Positions 28,047 through 38,661 of a stretch of DNA of 62,406 nt are shown here, in pieces. Source of the stretch: Promethearchaeota archaeon (GTDB taxonomy: Archaea > Asgardarchaeota > Lokiarchaeia > Sigyniarchaeales > SOKP01); assembly GCA_016840085.1 (NCBI GenBank), contig JAEOTA010000034.1, positions 1 to 62,406 of the forward strand, given 5' to 3'. Each line of letters begins with the position of its first letter. Position 1 is the stretch's first letter. Below the pieces are notes generated by a model. The model made no database searches. It had not been told where the DNA came from and worked only from the letters and a program-made list of their open reading frames with translations. Made by a program: the position numbers and the translations under genes.

Positions 28047-29315
28047 ATGAATATAAATTTTAACTATTGGGAAAAAGAGGAATGGGTTTCTTATATAGAT
28101 GAATTTATAATACCTATAAAAAATAAGGCAGATATTATTTTTCGTTTTTGGGATTATCTTTCCGATAATTATTCTTCAATGTCTATCTTAGATATTAAAG
28201 ACAATAAACTCTTGCTCGAGAAATTATTAGGAGGTATTAAAGTTAATGGAGAATATAAAGATAGAAGCGCAGCGTTATTTTATAAGAATTTTTTTGGTTG
28301 GGAATTAGAAGATGTAGGTTCATACTTAAATAATCAAGAGGAGGGAATTGAAATGGAAATTGAAACTAAAATTAATGAAACGATATTTATAGAATTTCTT
28401 AAGGAACTAGAGGAAATTTGTGATATAATATTAGATATGGCTCTTGAAAAGGGATTAATTAGCTCTACATGTAATAATGATTCTGATATAGATTTTGATA
28501 TATTGCTAAATTCAGATGAAAAAGTCATAGAAACAATAAAGGAATTATATGATCAAATTCTTAAATTTACAATAAATTATAACGATAAGACATTATTTCT
28601 TTGGACAATCCGTAAAATAACTAAAAGATTTCTTTGTTTTCAATATCATAATATTTGTAAAGGTAAGAACTTTGAAACAATGATGAATCTTTTAGGTATG
28701 AATGGATTTTATTCTCCTGACATTGATGAGAACTCTGATAATGCCAAGAAAATAATCGATGAATATACTATATGGGAATTAAAAGAATATGGTTTAGGAT
28801 GTAATATTTGTAAATTGCACAATTTTATTTTCAGAAAATTTAAAGAAAATAAAGAGTATTATGTTGGAACTCAATTATGGGATTGTCTTAAATTTATATT
28901 CCCAAATCATAAAGATTTAGAGAAAGAATATATTGATTCTATCAATAGAAAGTTAATTTCTTGGAAAATGCCTGATTATATAAGTACATATGGATGGGGT
29001 GGTTCTGGGAAACCTTATTGGCATTATGCAAAATATTTTTCCCAACTTTCAGAAAATTCTTCAGTTCCCAACTGTTTTCGTTCTATCGATTCTTTCTCAA
29101 ATACACCCCACGCTTCCTCCAGCTTGTCTAAGTCGACGTCCTCAATTTCGCTAATTTCTGTAATCCCTGGTATCTCTTCCTCAAACTCATTTGGTTCGCC
29201 CATTTTTTACTCACCTTCTCTTTTGTCTTTTTTTTATATTTTTTATAAATTTTTGTCGATTAATATATTTCAAGCATTATATATAAATTTATACTATCTT
29301 GTAAAAAACTTCTAA
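28047..29315 (+). CDS. hypothetical protein; last ~95 codons probably spurious (antisense to another gene)
   Basis: Globular-looking N-terminal 325 aa. The Ser-rich tail is the antisense of ORF 29024-29203. Confidence 0.5.
   Translation: MNINFNYWEKEEWVSYIDEFIIPIKNKADIIFRFWDYLSDNYSSMSILDIKDNKLLLEKLLGGIKVNGEYKDRSAALFYKNFFGWELEDVGSYLNNQEEGIEMEIETKINETIFIEFLKELEEICDIILDMALEKGLISSTCNNDSDIDFDILLNSDEKVIETIKELYDQILKFTINYNDKTLFLWTIRKITKRFLCFQYHNICKGKNFETMMNLLGMNGFYSPDIDENSDNAKKIIDEYTIWELKEYGLGCNICKLHNFIFRKFKENKEYYVGTQLWDCLKFIFPNHKDLEKEYIDSINRKLISWKMPDYISTYGWGGSGKPYWHYAKYFSQLSENSSVPNCFRSIDSFSNTPHASSSLSKSTSSISLISVIPGISSSNSFGSPIFYSPSLLSFFYIFYKFLSINIFQALYINLYYLVKNF
29024..29203 (-). CDS. small acidic protein (59 aa), not in ORF track
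   Basis: MGEPNEFEEEIPGITEISEIEDVDLDKLEEAWGVFEKESIERKQLGTEEFSESWEKYFA*, with GGTGAG RBS shortly upstream of the ATG. Confidence 0.5.
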   Translation of the reverse strand: MGEPNEFEEEIPGITEISEIEDVDLDKLEEAWGVFEKESIERKQLGTEEFSESWEKYFA

Positions 29316-29422
29316 CAAATATCTTTTTATTGATCATAATCCCCTTTTTCAATATTACAAATTGAAAATTATGATAAATTACACTTAAGATTAATATGGA
29401 TCAAAAAAAAGAGACTATATCT

Positions 29423-29908
29423 TTAGAAAGAATAAATAACTTCACACCTTATTTTAACAGGATTTTCCTTGAACTTAAGATAATCTTCAAAAATTTTATT
29501 AACAGTTTTTATATAATTTCCTTTACGTCCTATTGCGACACCTCTTTCTTTAAAAGACAATACAGCTATAATTATCTCTGGAATAAGTTCATCATCAATC
29601 ATTATGAGATCATAAATAAAGGGATTTGGAAAAAATCTGTATATTAAATTAGCCAATATTTCTTCCAAATAAATAAAAAGAATCTTTCTATGTCTAATTT
29701 TATGACGAAACTTGTTCAAAAATTCATTTACTTCCGCATAATATTCGTTATCAATAAAGTAAAATAAAAAATTATTTAAAATCAGAATAGATTTAGGAAT
29801 AACATTTGTCTTCTCATAAAAATACTTGTAATATAAGAGTTCTTCATTAGAAAATTTCTTTATATTTAATGATACTTCATTAATGATACTTATACCACCA
29901 CCAATCAT
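29423..29908 (-). CDS. archaeal NusA-like KH-domain protein (divergent paralog)
   Basis: Y...F...T.V.P..., second KH with ERGVAIGRKGNYIK (GxxG loop). Confidence 0.65.
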   Translation of the reverse strand: MIGGGISIINEVSLNIKKFSNEELLYYKYFYEKTNVIPKSILILNNFLFYFIDNEYYAEVNEFLNKFRHKIRHRKILFIYLEEILANLIYRFFPNPFIYDLIMIDDELIPEIIIAVLSFKERGVAIGRKGNYIKTVNKIFEDYLKFKENPVKIRCEVIYSF

Positions 29909-30176
29909 ATTCCCAATTCTATCAAAAAATATAAAGAGACTTTATAAATACGTATATAAAAGAGAATTTAAAAGGAAAGCAAATAGGTGATACATTTGCA
30001 GGTACTGACCAAGATATGCTTGAAATTCGTGATGAAAAACAATTTAAGCAGTATACAAAAGAATATGCTGAATATTATAAACAACGAGAACAAGACGAGT
30101 ATTTAGAATTTTTGGCTAAAAAAGCCGCAAAAACATAAAGTCTTTTATATAAATTATAAAAAAGGAGGTAAATTAT

Positions 30177-30563
30177 ATGAAAAGAAGAATTAGAATAAAA
30201 CCATATACACGTAAGCGTTATGGAAAGAGAGAAAGAGTTAAAGGACATGATAAGCACATAAATATTAAAAGAATCGGAGAAATTGATTTAAAACAACTTA
30301 GCTTAGGAGCTTCTCGAAAAGAGAATAGACAAAGATTAAGTAATTCTCATCCAGATACTATTAAAAGCGCAAAAACGATGTTTGAAATGCCAAATAAATT
30401 ATGGGCTGCTAATCCTGATAAATTCGATATTTTAGGATTTGATGCAAAAGAACCACCTAAAGTCTATAAATTGCCTGAAACCGGCTTAAAAGGACAAATT
30501 GTCTCGTATCAAGGTAAAATTTATATCGCGGACCAAAAAGGCGTGTCTAAACTTAAGAATTAA
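30177..30563 (+). CDS. basic hypothetical protein, virus/MGE-like
   Basis: AGGAGG RBS and Arg/Lys-rich N-terminus (KPYTRKRYGKRERVKGH). Confidence 0.55.
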   Translation: MKRRIRIKPYTRKRYGKRERVKGHDKHINIKRIGEIDLKQLSLGASRKENRQRLSNSHPDTIKSAKTMFEMPNKLWAANPDKFDILGFDAKEPPKVYKLPETGLKGQIVSYQGKIYIADQKGVSKLKN

Positions 30564-32514
30564 TATAAAATCAATTAAAGATTTTTTATTTCGATAAAAA
30601 AGTAAGGTGGATACAACATGATTGGAAAAAAAAAATACTTTAATATGATGTTCAAAAATCTACATCAATTTGAGCAAAATATTAATGTTTTAGTGAATAA
30701 TTCGAATGATTCACGATTGAAATATCCTCTCTCATTTGAACAAATCTCTAATATTCTGGGGTTTCTAACTCATCATACCGGATATCAAAAGGATATTATT
30801 GAAATTTTAGAGATAATAATGGATTCTTAAAAATTTAAAGAAAAAACATACCTGGATTTAGTTATGAAAGTTTTAGAATATTTCGAAGATGATGATTTTC
30901 GCTTATTTTATTGAAATTTTTTTTTAATTCCAGGATATAAAATTCATAAAAAAATAAAAGATCTAAATTTTGAATTTTGTCGTATGCTTTTTTAATGAGA
31001 ATGCATTTGTCATAAATCATTGAATATATTTAGAATATTTTTCCTTTTCTTCTTGGATTGTTTTTTATTTTATTTGTAAAACTTTAAAAAAGAAATATAG
31101 TTTAATAATATTTACACTTTTGGAAAAATAAAGACTTAAATAATATTTTTTTTATAAAAATGTAAACGATTTTAGAATTAAAATCCATAATTATGCTTTT
31201 AGACCGGAATAAATCTTTAAGAAATACAGAATTTGATTTTAAAATGTTTATTGATTTTGATCCAATTTGTAAAGTTTTTTATCATAATTTTTTTTTTGTT
31301 GAAAATAAAATGGTGTTAAAAATAGCTTTGACACCCTCCGTAAACGATGCTAATACTTTAATGAATTTGACCACTACCAAGAAGGAATTCCTCGATTCGA
31401 AATATGAAAAGTTTGATATTACAAGATATGTGTATTTAATACACTTAATATGAAATTCAGGGAGTAAAAAACAATAATGTATTTAATATCCATATTTCCA
31501 GTTTCAAGATATCACTACACTGAAACCTATAAAAAAACTACAATTTGGAATAGATTGTAGGAGGAATGAAAACTAATGAAAAAGAAATTACCAGATTGGG
31601 TCAAGGAAGCAATATTAAAGGATGTCGAATACATTACAAACTCATTAATAGAACTGGAGAGATATGATATCTCAGCAAATGAAACCCCAATACCTAAGAG
31701 CAGAAAAAAAAGAACTGAAGCCATTAATTAAAAAGTTCATAAAAACCATATGAAAATAAATTTTATTAAGACTTCAGATTTTTTAATTTTGAATCCTTTG
31801 TCATATTCCTTATTTCTCCAATAGCCTCCATAATGGTCCTAATGGAAAGTAGTATAAAAAAACTACTCATTAAAGGAAAAATCGTAGTTAATAAAAGTAA
31901 TTCAAAAAAAATGTCCAGCGTAAATATAGACTAAATCCTATTTTAGCGATTCAATTCATTTTTAAAGGAAAGGTCCTCCCTGATAATCTTAACTTCTCAA
32001 AAATAGGAGTTCACCCAAAGAAAGATATAATAACGGTCATGGCCACACAGGCTGGAGGGTATTGAATTAATAATATAATAACGATGAAAAAATGTAAATA
32101 TATCTATAATCATTATGGTTGCTTTCTTATTAACTTCTATCATTTTTGAAAAAGTTCTTTTCCATTCTAAGGTTATCGATAAGATCTCCTAATTTTTACT
32201 CAACAGAAATTTCATAAGAATTCAATTTATTGAAAAAACCTCCATATTTTTTAAATAAAGGTGTCATGGTTATAATTTCATCTTTAGAAAACTACTGAAT
32301 ACATTTTTAGCATATGTTTTCATTATTTAATCTCGGATCTTTAATATTGGCATTCATGATAGTATTTAGAAATCTTGTGAAAATTGAAGATTTACATAGA
32401 AGAAAGTATTTAATTTAAGACCATATAATCAGGATTTGATTAGAATTCTTTGAAAAATAGTAAATTAGTAGGATTAACTCATTTTTGACAAGTTATATAT
32501 TATTAAATAATCAA

Positions 32515-34077
32515 TTACTCACTAACAGTGTTACTATTTTCTTCCATATATGAATCAACCAATTCATTATACTTAGAATTAATTTTTGTGTATAGCTCAT
32601 CTTTACATTCCTTATCGGGACAAAAAACTCGAAAAATATGAAATTCTGATTTATTAGTCTGAAAATTTATTGAACTTTGGACATTATTCAAATAGTGAAA
32701 TTGATCAGTCTCAGGATCATGAAAAAGAATTAATTCACCTTGATATTCATTTGGATCTTCAGGATCTTCCATTTTTATATTACTCAATGGTGCATCTACT
32801 TTATTATTTAAGACAATTAAAGGTGATTCATAACTCTCGCTTAAATCATTTTTTATCCAAGATTCAAGATCTCCAAATACAGTTTCTAAAATGCTGTCCA
32901 ATACTTTTTTTTCTTTTTCATTATTTTCAGGAATACTTTTTAATCTGTTTATTTCCCATATAAGTTCTGATTTCTTTCTCCGGAATAATAAATCCAAATA
33001 AGAATTGAGCAACTTAAGATCGGAATTAATTTCTTCGCTTGATAACTTCTTCAATTCATGCCAGCAATTTCTCATACAATTCCAAATATAATAATCATCA
33101 AGCATATGCCATAATTCAAAAAATCCTTGAGATTGTTCAGAATCTAACTTTTTTTCATTTATTATTGGCGATAATATAATATCAGGTTTTAAAGGTAAAG
33201 ATGCCTCTATAACATTCAAGCTGTCAGAGTTTATCATAATTCTATATGATTCACTTAATAAAAAATCAAAATAACATTTAACTTTATGAAAATAAACGGA
33301 GTTAAACATAAACATTCGAGCGAAATAAAAATTATCAATTGCATTTATTGCTTTTGTTGAATATACAATAATATTATCAGACAAAGGTTTTAATGTAGAG
33401 CTCCTCTCTTTTATAAACAATTTTCTTAAAATTTGATCTATATCGATCTGTCCAAATGAAACCCCTGTAGAAAAAGAATCTCGAACAAGATAATCCATTC
33501 TATCAGCATCAAGTTCAGAATGTAGTATTTGATTGAGTAGTGGGAATCCTGATGTGCCTTGGATAATTTGACTTATATTTTCTCTATCTTGTTCTATAAT
33601 CTTAGGATTTTGATCTTTTGGATTATATATATCGGTTTTTTTAACTATTTCACCACTTAACCATTCATGAAATTTTTTCTTAATTTTAATATTTGGATAT
33701 TTTTTCTTAAAATAATCTTCTATTACAATTTCTGTACAATGAGAATAAGGTAAATGACCTATATCATGTAAAAGTGCTGCCGATCTAATTAATTTTTGAT
33801 CTTTTTCTGACATTTCGAATTTATCTATAGATTTTGAGCCTGATATTGGTAATTTTTTGAAATTATCAATTATTTTCGAAGTTACAGCTAGCACACCTAG
33901 GGAATGAGAGAATCTTGTATTTCTAGCTGTAGGAAATACCATATGTAAAGTTCCTAATTGATTGATATTATGTAATCTTTGAAATATTAATTTATCGATG
34001 ATGTCTATTTCATCTTGAGTTAACTTTATAAAACCGTAAATTGGATCAAAAATTTCTTTAACATAAGATAAATCCAT
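32515..34077 (-). CDS. HD-domain phosphohydrolase, SAMHD1/COG1078-like dNTP triphosphohydrolase
   Basis: IFDPIYGFI, FQRL..I.QLG....VFP.A..TRFSHSLGV, LLHDIGHLPYSH, HE, LDADRMDYLVRDS, R..MF..VYFH. Likely start is ATG 34077 (MDLSYVK). Confidence 0.9.
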   Translation of the reverse strand: MDLSYVKEIFDPIYGFIKLTQDEIDIIDKLIFQRLHNINQLGTLHMVFPTARNTRFSHSLGVLAVTSKIIDNFKKLPISGSKSIDKFEMSEKDQKLIRSAALLHDIGHLPYSHCTEIVIEDYFKKKYPNIKIKKKFHEWLSGEIVKKTDIYNPKDQNPKIIEQDRENISQIIQGTSGFPLLNQILHSELDADRMDYLVRDSFSTGVSFGQIDIDQILRKLFIKERSSTLKPLSDNIIVYSTKAINAIDNFYFARMFMFNSVYFHKVKCYFDFLLSESYRIMINSDSLNVIEASLPLKPDIILSPIINEKKLDSEQSQGFFELWHMLDDYYIWNCMRNCWHELKKLSSEEINSDLKLLNSYLDLLFRRKKSELIWEINRLKSIPENNEKEKKVLDSILETVFGDLESWIKNDLSESYESPLIVLNNKVDAPLSNIKMEDPEDPNEYQGELILFHDPETDQFHYLNNVQSSINFQTNKSEFHIFRVFCPDKECKDELYTKINSKYNELVDSYMEENSNTVSE

Positions 34078-34121
34078 TATGTTAACCCTTTTTAATTCGA
34101 AAAAATTAAAGGATAAAACAT

Positions 34122-34649
34122 CTAAATAAATTGAGACGTTTTTAATATATTCCAATAATTATTAATTGGTCGATCTTTTAATTCAGGTTTTCTTTCTATA
34201 AACTCTTTGATTGTATCTATTTTTGAATTTCTACATTTTGAATATGTATGTTTATCTATAAATAGAAGTGATGCTAAGATTTCCAAGTCATTAGTGTCCC
34301 ATTCCCGGTTAAATTCTTTTATAAAAGATGACTTTAATGTATTTATACTAGTGATCTCTGTATCAAGAGATTTGTCATGAACATTTTTAGTTTTTATCAT
34401 ATCTATAAATGAATTATTCTGATTCCATAATTCATTAATATAAAACATATCCTTTGTTAAATCTGGGGAATATGGACCTCTTATGTACCAATTATAATTA
34501 TAATTAAATTCATTAGTTATTTCATTTAATAAGAAAATTAATTTTTGATAAAAGAGTCGATTTTTAAATAGACTCATGTCAAAGGATTTTTTGTCATTAG
34601 ATTCTGTTAAATATCCTAATCTGATTAATGCCATAATTAATTTCTCCAT
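34122..34649 (-). CDS. YwgA / Panacea(DUF4065)-like winged-helix protein
   Basis: RLFYQKLIFLL...YNYNWYIRGPYSPDL..D and LEILASL motifs. Likely start ATG 34649. Confidence 0.7.
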   Translation of the reverse strand: MEKLIMALIRLGYLTESNDKKSFDMSLFKNRLFYQKLIFLLNEITNEFNYNYNWYIRGPYSPDLTKDMFYINELWNQNNSFIDMIKTKNVHDKSLDTEITSINTLKSSFIKEFNREWDTNDLEILASLLFIDKHTYSKCRNSKIDTIKEFIERKPELKDRPINNYWNILKTSQFI

Positions 34650-35983
34650 ATATAATATAAAGATCATTGCATATATAAAGATTAAGACTGAAATCAATCA
34701 TAAATTTTTAATTCTGGCATTATTAATGGAAAAAAATTAAAAGAATGAAATTATTTTTATGGAAAAGAGAAAATACAAAATAATTCAAAAGGAATTATCA
34801 ATGTCTTTAGAAGTAAAATTAAAGGAACGGAGTAAGGACCTAACCACTGAAGATCTTAAATCTATTATTAATCAAATAGAAGATCCTATTACCAAATTAA
34901 TAGCTAACAAATATTTGTTAAATGGTGAATAGAAATTAAATCTTGTCCTAAATGTGGTAAGGAGATAAAAATAGAATTTGTTATTACTTATCTAGATAAA
35001 AGACAACAAAAATTTTCTGAAATAGATATGGAATCTTTTGAAAAATATCAAGTGCTTTCTAATCAAATCAGGGAAGATGGAATTAAAGGAGTGCGAATAA
35101 GATTACATCCAGAAACTAGAGATTGGTATATTTGTAAAGTAATATCTCATAATGACTGGATTAAAAGATACAGAAAATTTATGTCCTGTAAATAGATGAG
35201 TGAAGAAAATAAGCAAAAGTTTAAGGAAAACATTGGAAAATATTTTATGAGACGTTATTTTTGTCCAGATTCAGAATGTGGTTTTTCAACTGATGATAAT
35301 ACGTGGGGATTTAATAAAAAACGATATAGACCGTATAGAAATAAAGGAGATTTTTTAGGTTAATAATTCTTTAAATTAAGAAGTGAGGAAATATGCCTAG
35401 ACAACCAATAAATTATTTTATTTTCTTTATAATTTTATGATTAGAGATCTTTCTCTTTCTGGAATTCAATATTGAAATCCCTACGGTATTTAGCAATTAT
35501 ATTGGAGAACCTATAAAACGAGACATAAGCTCAAATTTACTTATTAACTTAAATGTACCATTAATGCTGTAATTATTAGATTGTTTTTTTTAAAAAAAAG
35601 ATAAATAAGTTGAATTGAGCCTTGCTTCATACTAAACCAAAATTTTAAAAACGAAAATGTCAATGTGTGTAACGCTATATTAACAACAACAAAAATCTAA
35701 TAAAAACCACCATAAAGCGAATTCACACCCCTTACATTTAATATGTATTAGGAGGAGTTTCGCTTACCTAATCTATTAAAGAATAATATCTTTAAGGTGA
35801 AATCATATGAAAGAAAAAAAATTAATTTTCTTTAATATAATTTCAATATTCGGAAAAAGGAAAATTTCATTGAAAAGATTCTTTATGGGCAATATTTAAA
35901 GCTCTAAAGATATATATCAAATTAAAAAACCATTTTAAAAATTTATTATATTTTGCTAAACTAATCTTTTTGAGTGCAGGTTA

Positions 35984-36697
35984 ATGAAAAATAAAAATAA
36001 TGTTATTAAAATAGGTGGATCGTTACTATTCACTGAAAAAAGAACAATTGATTCAGAAAAAATTATCGCATTCTCTAAAATTTTTAAAAGCAGCGAAAAT
36101 CCTGGAACTCATATTATTATTTGTGGGGGTGGACTAATCGCAAGGGAATACATTGATGCAGTTAGATCATTTGAAGGATCAGAAGCACTATGTGATATTT
36201 TTGGAATTGAAATCTCCCGTATTAACTCTAAATTAATAATAGCTTCACTAAAAAATTTGGCTTATCCACAAGTGCCAAAATCGATTGAAGAGTTATCAAC
36301 AGCGATGCTTTTTAATAAAATTATTGTAATGGGAGGATTACAACCTGGGCAATCTACAACTTCAGTAGCACTAGAAGTTGCAGAATTCACTGGTGCAAAA
36401 GAATTAGTGATACTTACTGATGTGCCGGGTATTTATGATAAAGATCCAAAAAAATTTGATGATGCGATATTATTAAGACATCTTACCTTTGATCAACTAC
36501 AAGAATTGATTTTAAAAAATTCTGATAATAAGCAAGCTGCTGCAGGAGAATATAGGATTTTTGATGCAGTATCTTTACAGGTTTTAAAACGTAGCAATAT
36601 TAAAGTTATTATCTTATCAGGGAAGGATCTGAATGAATTTAAAAAGTATTGGAATGGAGAAAAAGACATACTTGGAACAATTATCTCAAACGATTGA
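35984..36697 (+). CDS. pyrH: uridylate kinase (archaeal)
   Basis: VIKIGGS, CGGG..AR.YI, MGGLQPGQST, TDVPGIYDKDP, AGEY..FD. Confidence 0.95.
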   Translation: MKNKNNVIKIGGSLLFTEKRTIDSEKIIAFSKIFKSSENPGTHIIICGGGLIAREYIDAVRSFEGSEALCDIFGIEISRINSKLIIASLKNLAYPQVPKSIEELSTAMLFNKIIVMGGLQPGQSTTSVALEVAEFTGAKELVILTDVPGIYDKDPKKFDDAILLRHLTFDQLQELILKNSDNKQAAAGEYRIFDAVSLQVLKRSNIKVIILSGKDLNEFKKYWNGEKDILGTIISND

Positions 36698-36774
36698 AGT
36701 ATTCATAAATTATTTTAACATATAATGTTTTACTAAAATAAATTACAGATTAGTTTAATTGATAGGAAAACAAA

Positions 36775-37008
36775 ATGTCTCAAACTTCATGGAAAGATCA
36801 AATTAAAAGAAAATGGGGGCCTCATAGTCATTGTACTATATGTGGTAAAGCTATGCCAACAGATAAGAAGTTTTGCAGTCAAGCTTGTCGCGATAATTAC
36901 CTTGGACGTGAGAGAAAACAAAAAAAAAAGGGAAGGATACAATGTGTGTTTCTTATAGTAATGTTAGTTGTTATGATGTTAATGTTGTTTATACCATCGC
37001 TTCTCTAA
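36775..37008 (+). CDS. DUF2116 family Zn-ribbon protein with C-terminal TM
   Basis: PHSHCTICGKAMP....FCS..C, basic linker and a C-terminal hydrophobic helix. Confidence 0.8.
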   Translation: MSQTSWKDQIKRKWGPHSHCTICGKAMPTDKKFCSQACRDNYLGRERKQKKKGRIQCVFLIVMLVVMMLMLFIPSLL

Positions 37009-37087
37009 TCTTTCTTTTTTAAAACATAGAAATGACTTAGTATCAAAACAATTTATAATAGCAATACTTTATATTATTGTGTAAAAC

Positions 37088-37253
37088 GCAGAGATAACCA
37101 AGCCTGGTCAATACAGCTCCTATGAATAAGGACTTATGACTAACGGTGTCGGACTCAAGATCTCTTAAAGAATAAGACATCCGATCTCATAGGAGTGCGT
37201 GGGTTCGAAAATTTAATAGTTTTTCTGTTTCTTCGAAATTCCCACTCTCTGCA
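37088..37253 (+). tRNA. tRNA-Leu(CAA) with three introns
   Basis: Removing 37112-37143 (D-loop), 37160-37178 (37/38) and 37210-37239 (T-loop) gives the 85-nt GCAGAGATAACCAAGCCTGGTCAACGGTGTCGGACTCAAGATCCGATCTCATAGGAGTGCGTGGGTTCGAATCCCACTCTCTGCA. Anticodon CAA at 37156-37158. Confidence 0.9.
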
Positions 37254-37256
37254 TTA

Positions 37257-37619
37257 TTACAATTTTTCAATGATTTCTTTTAATACTTGGTCCAAAAAAA
37301 TTATTAAGGGTTTTACGATTTCTTCATTTTTCTTCTTATTTCTTAAAAATAGAAGAAGTAAAACTGGTGCTTTAAGTGTATGAGATGCTCTTTCAGCAAT
37401 AATAGTGCTTAATAAATTTGAATCTACTCCAAATAGATTAAATGAGGTTGTGGGAGGTTTAACACCGTTAATCATAGGAGGACTTCCTAATGTTACAGTA
37501 CCAATACCCATTTTGTTTTGATCTGATATCAGTAATAGAAAACTTTTATGTAATTGGAAGAGATTTAAATAAATTGTAATATCATCAATATTTATATTCT
37601 TTTCTGCTAAAAGTTCCAT
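37257..37619 (-). CDS. proteasome assembly chaperone 4 (PAC4/PSMG4)-like protein
   Basis: SFLLLISD....IGTVTLGSP....SFNLFG....LLS..IAER.S..L..PVLL matches the PAC4 pattern. Confidence 0.6.
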   Translation of the reverse strand: MELLAEKNINIDDITIYLNLFQLHKSFLLLISDQNKMGIGTVTLGSPPMINGVKPPTTSFNLFGVDSNLLSTIIAERASHTLKAPVLLLLFLRNKKKNEEIVKPLIIFLDQVLKEIIEKL

Positions 37620-37731
37620 ATTTTCTGTTGTTATGCTATTAATTTTATAATTAAAATAGAAGTTAATTATAATTAAAGGATTAGTTTGAAATTTTATTTT
37701 TTATTTATTGGATAAAATTGGATTAAACATA

Positions 37732-38430
37732 CTAGTCAGGAGAAAGAACCACACCGGAAATTCTTTGTCTTCTTATATCAAAATCATGATCCACGTGTAT
37801 TGTAATACAATGTTGATCGATATTTTGAAGATTTTTATGAACATAGCTTATAGGAACTACTGGTAATTCTGATTCAAGTACAGCATTTTTAGGAACAGGG
37901 ATGGGAATAATAGCTTTGCATCTTTCACAATTTACTAAAACTACTTTAATGTTAGGTGATTCTACTTTTTTTATTCTTTCTAACACATCGGGTGTTAGAT
38001 TGGGAGAATCTAATGAGATCTTCTCTTTTTTCTTTGGTGCTTCAGGAACTAATGGAATCTCTAGTTTCATATCATCATCAGATGAATATTCTATTTCTTC
38101 AATCTCCTTATTTGGTTTTGTAGGTATTTTTAGCTCTACCTTGATAGGAAACTTCAATGGGAATATAAAATTTAAAAGATTAATAACTAAGACGGCAAAA
38201 AGACTTATCAATGCTATTAAAAGTAATATACTGCCATTTAATAAATTTAAAACCGCCTGAAATACTAAGAGAATAATGCAAACAATATCGATTATAATGT
38301 TTATAATGAATATTATCCATACATTTCTAGGAATTTGGTATAGGTCAAACTCTTTATATTTTTCCTTTAATTTTTGAAATGGACTTCTTTTTTTTACCTT
38401 AATCCCATTTTTGGTATCCATTAATCTCAC
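37732..38430 (-). CDS. membrane protein: two TMs, Pro/acidic linker, C-terminal Cys/His putative Zn domain
   Basis: Two TM helices, then CERC...YVH...HCITIHVDHDFDIRR. Confidence 0.6.
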   Translation of the reverse strand: MRLMDTKNGIKVKKRSPFQKLKEKYKEFDLYQIPRNVWIIFIINIIIDIVCIILLVFQAVLNLLNGSILLLIALISLFAVLVINLLNFIFPLKFPIKVELKIPTKPNKEIEEIEYSSDDDMKLEIPLVPEAPKKKEKISLDSPNLTPDVLERIKKVESPNIKVVLVNCERCKAIIPIPVPKNAVLESELPVVPISYVHKNLQNIDQHCITIHVDHDFDIRRQRISGVVLSPD

Positions 38431-38661
38431 TATTTAAAATTATTAAGATATCGCTAATATTGTTCATTTAAAATTATAAAAATAATTGTATTTTTTAATT
38501 AAAAACTTTATTGAATATTATTCTAATAGCTTAATTAAAAACAAACTTAGTTTTTTTTAATTATTTGTACTTTGTTTTTAAAAGGAAGATATAAATTTGT
38601 AGATAAGAGTTCTATAACTCTTTATAATTTTAAGAAGTATACTATCTTTAGATAATTGAAC

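Noticed and set aside
21900-37253. Intact integrated element ending at tRNA-Leu
   Set aside because: I saw no integrase or duplicated tRNA 3' end, and core genes (pyrH, DUF2116) lie between the island and the tRNA.
37195-37383. 62-aa ORF
   Set aside because: It overlaps the tRNA-Leu 3' half and is antisense to the PAC4-like gene.
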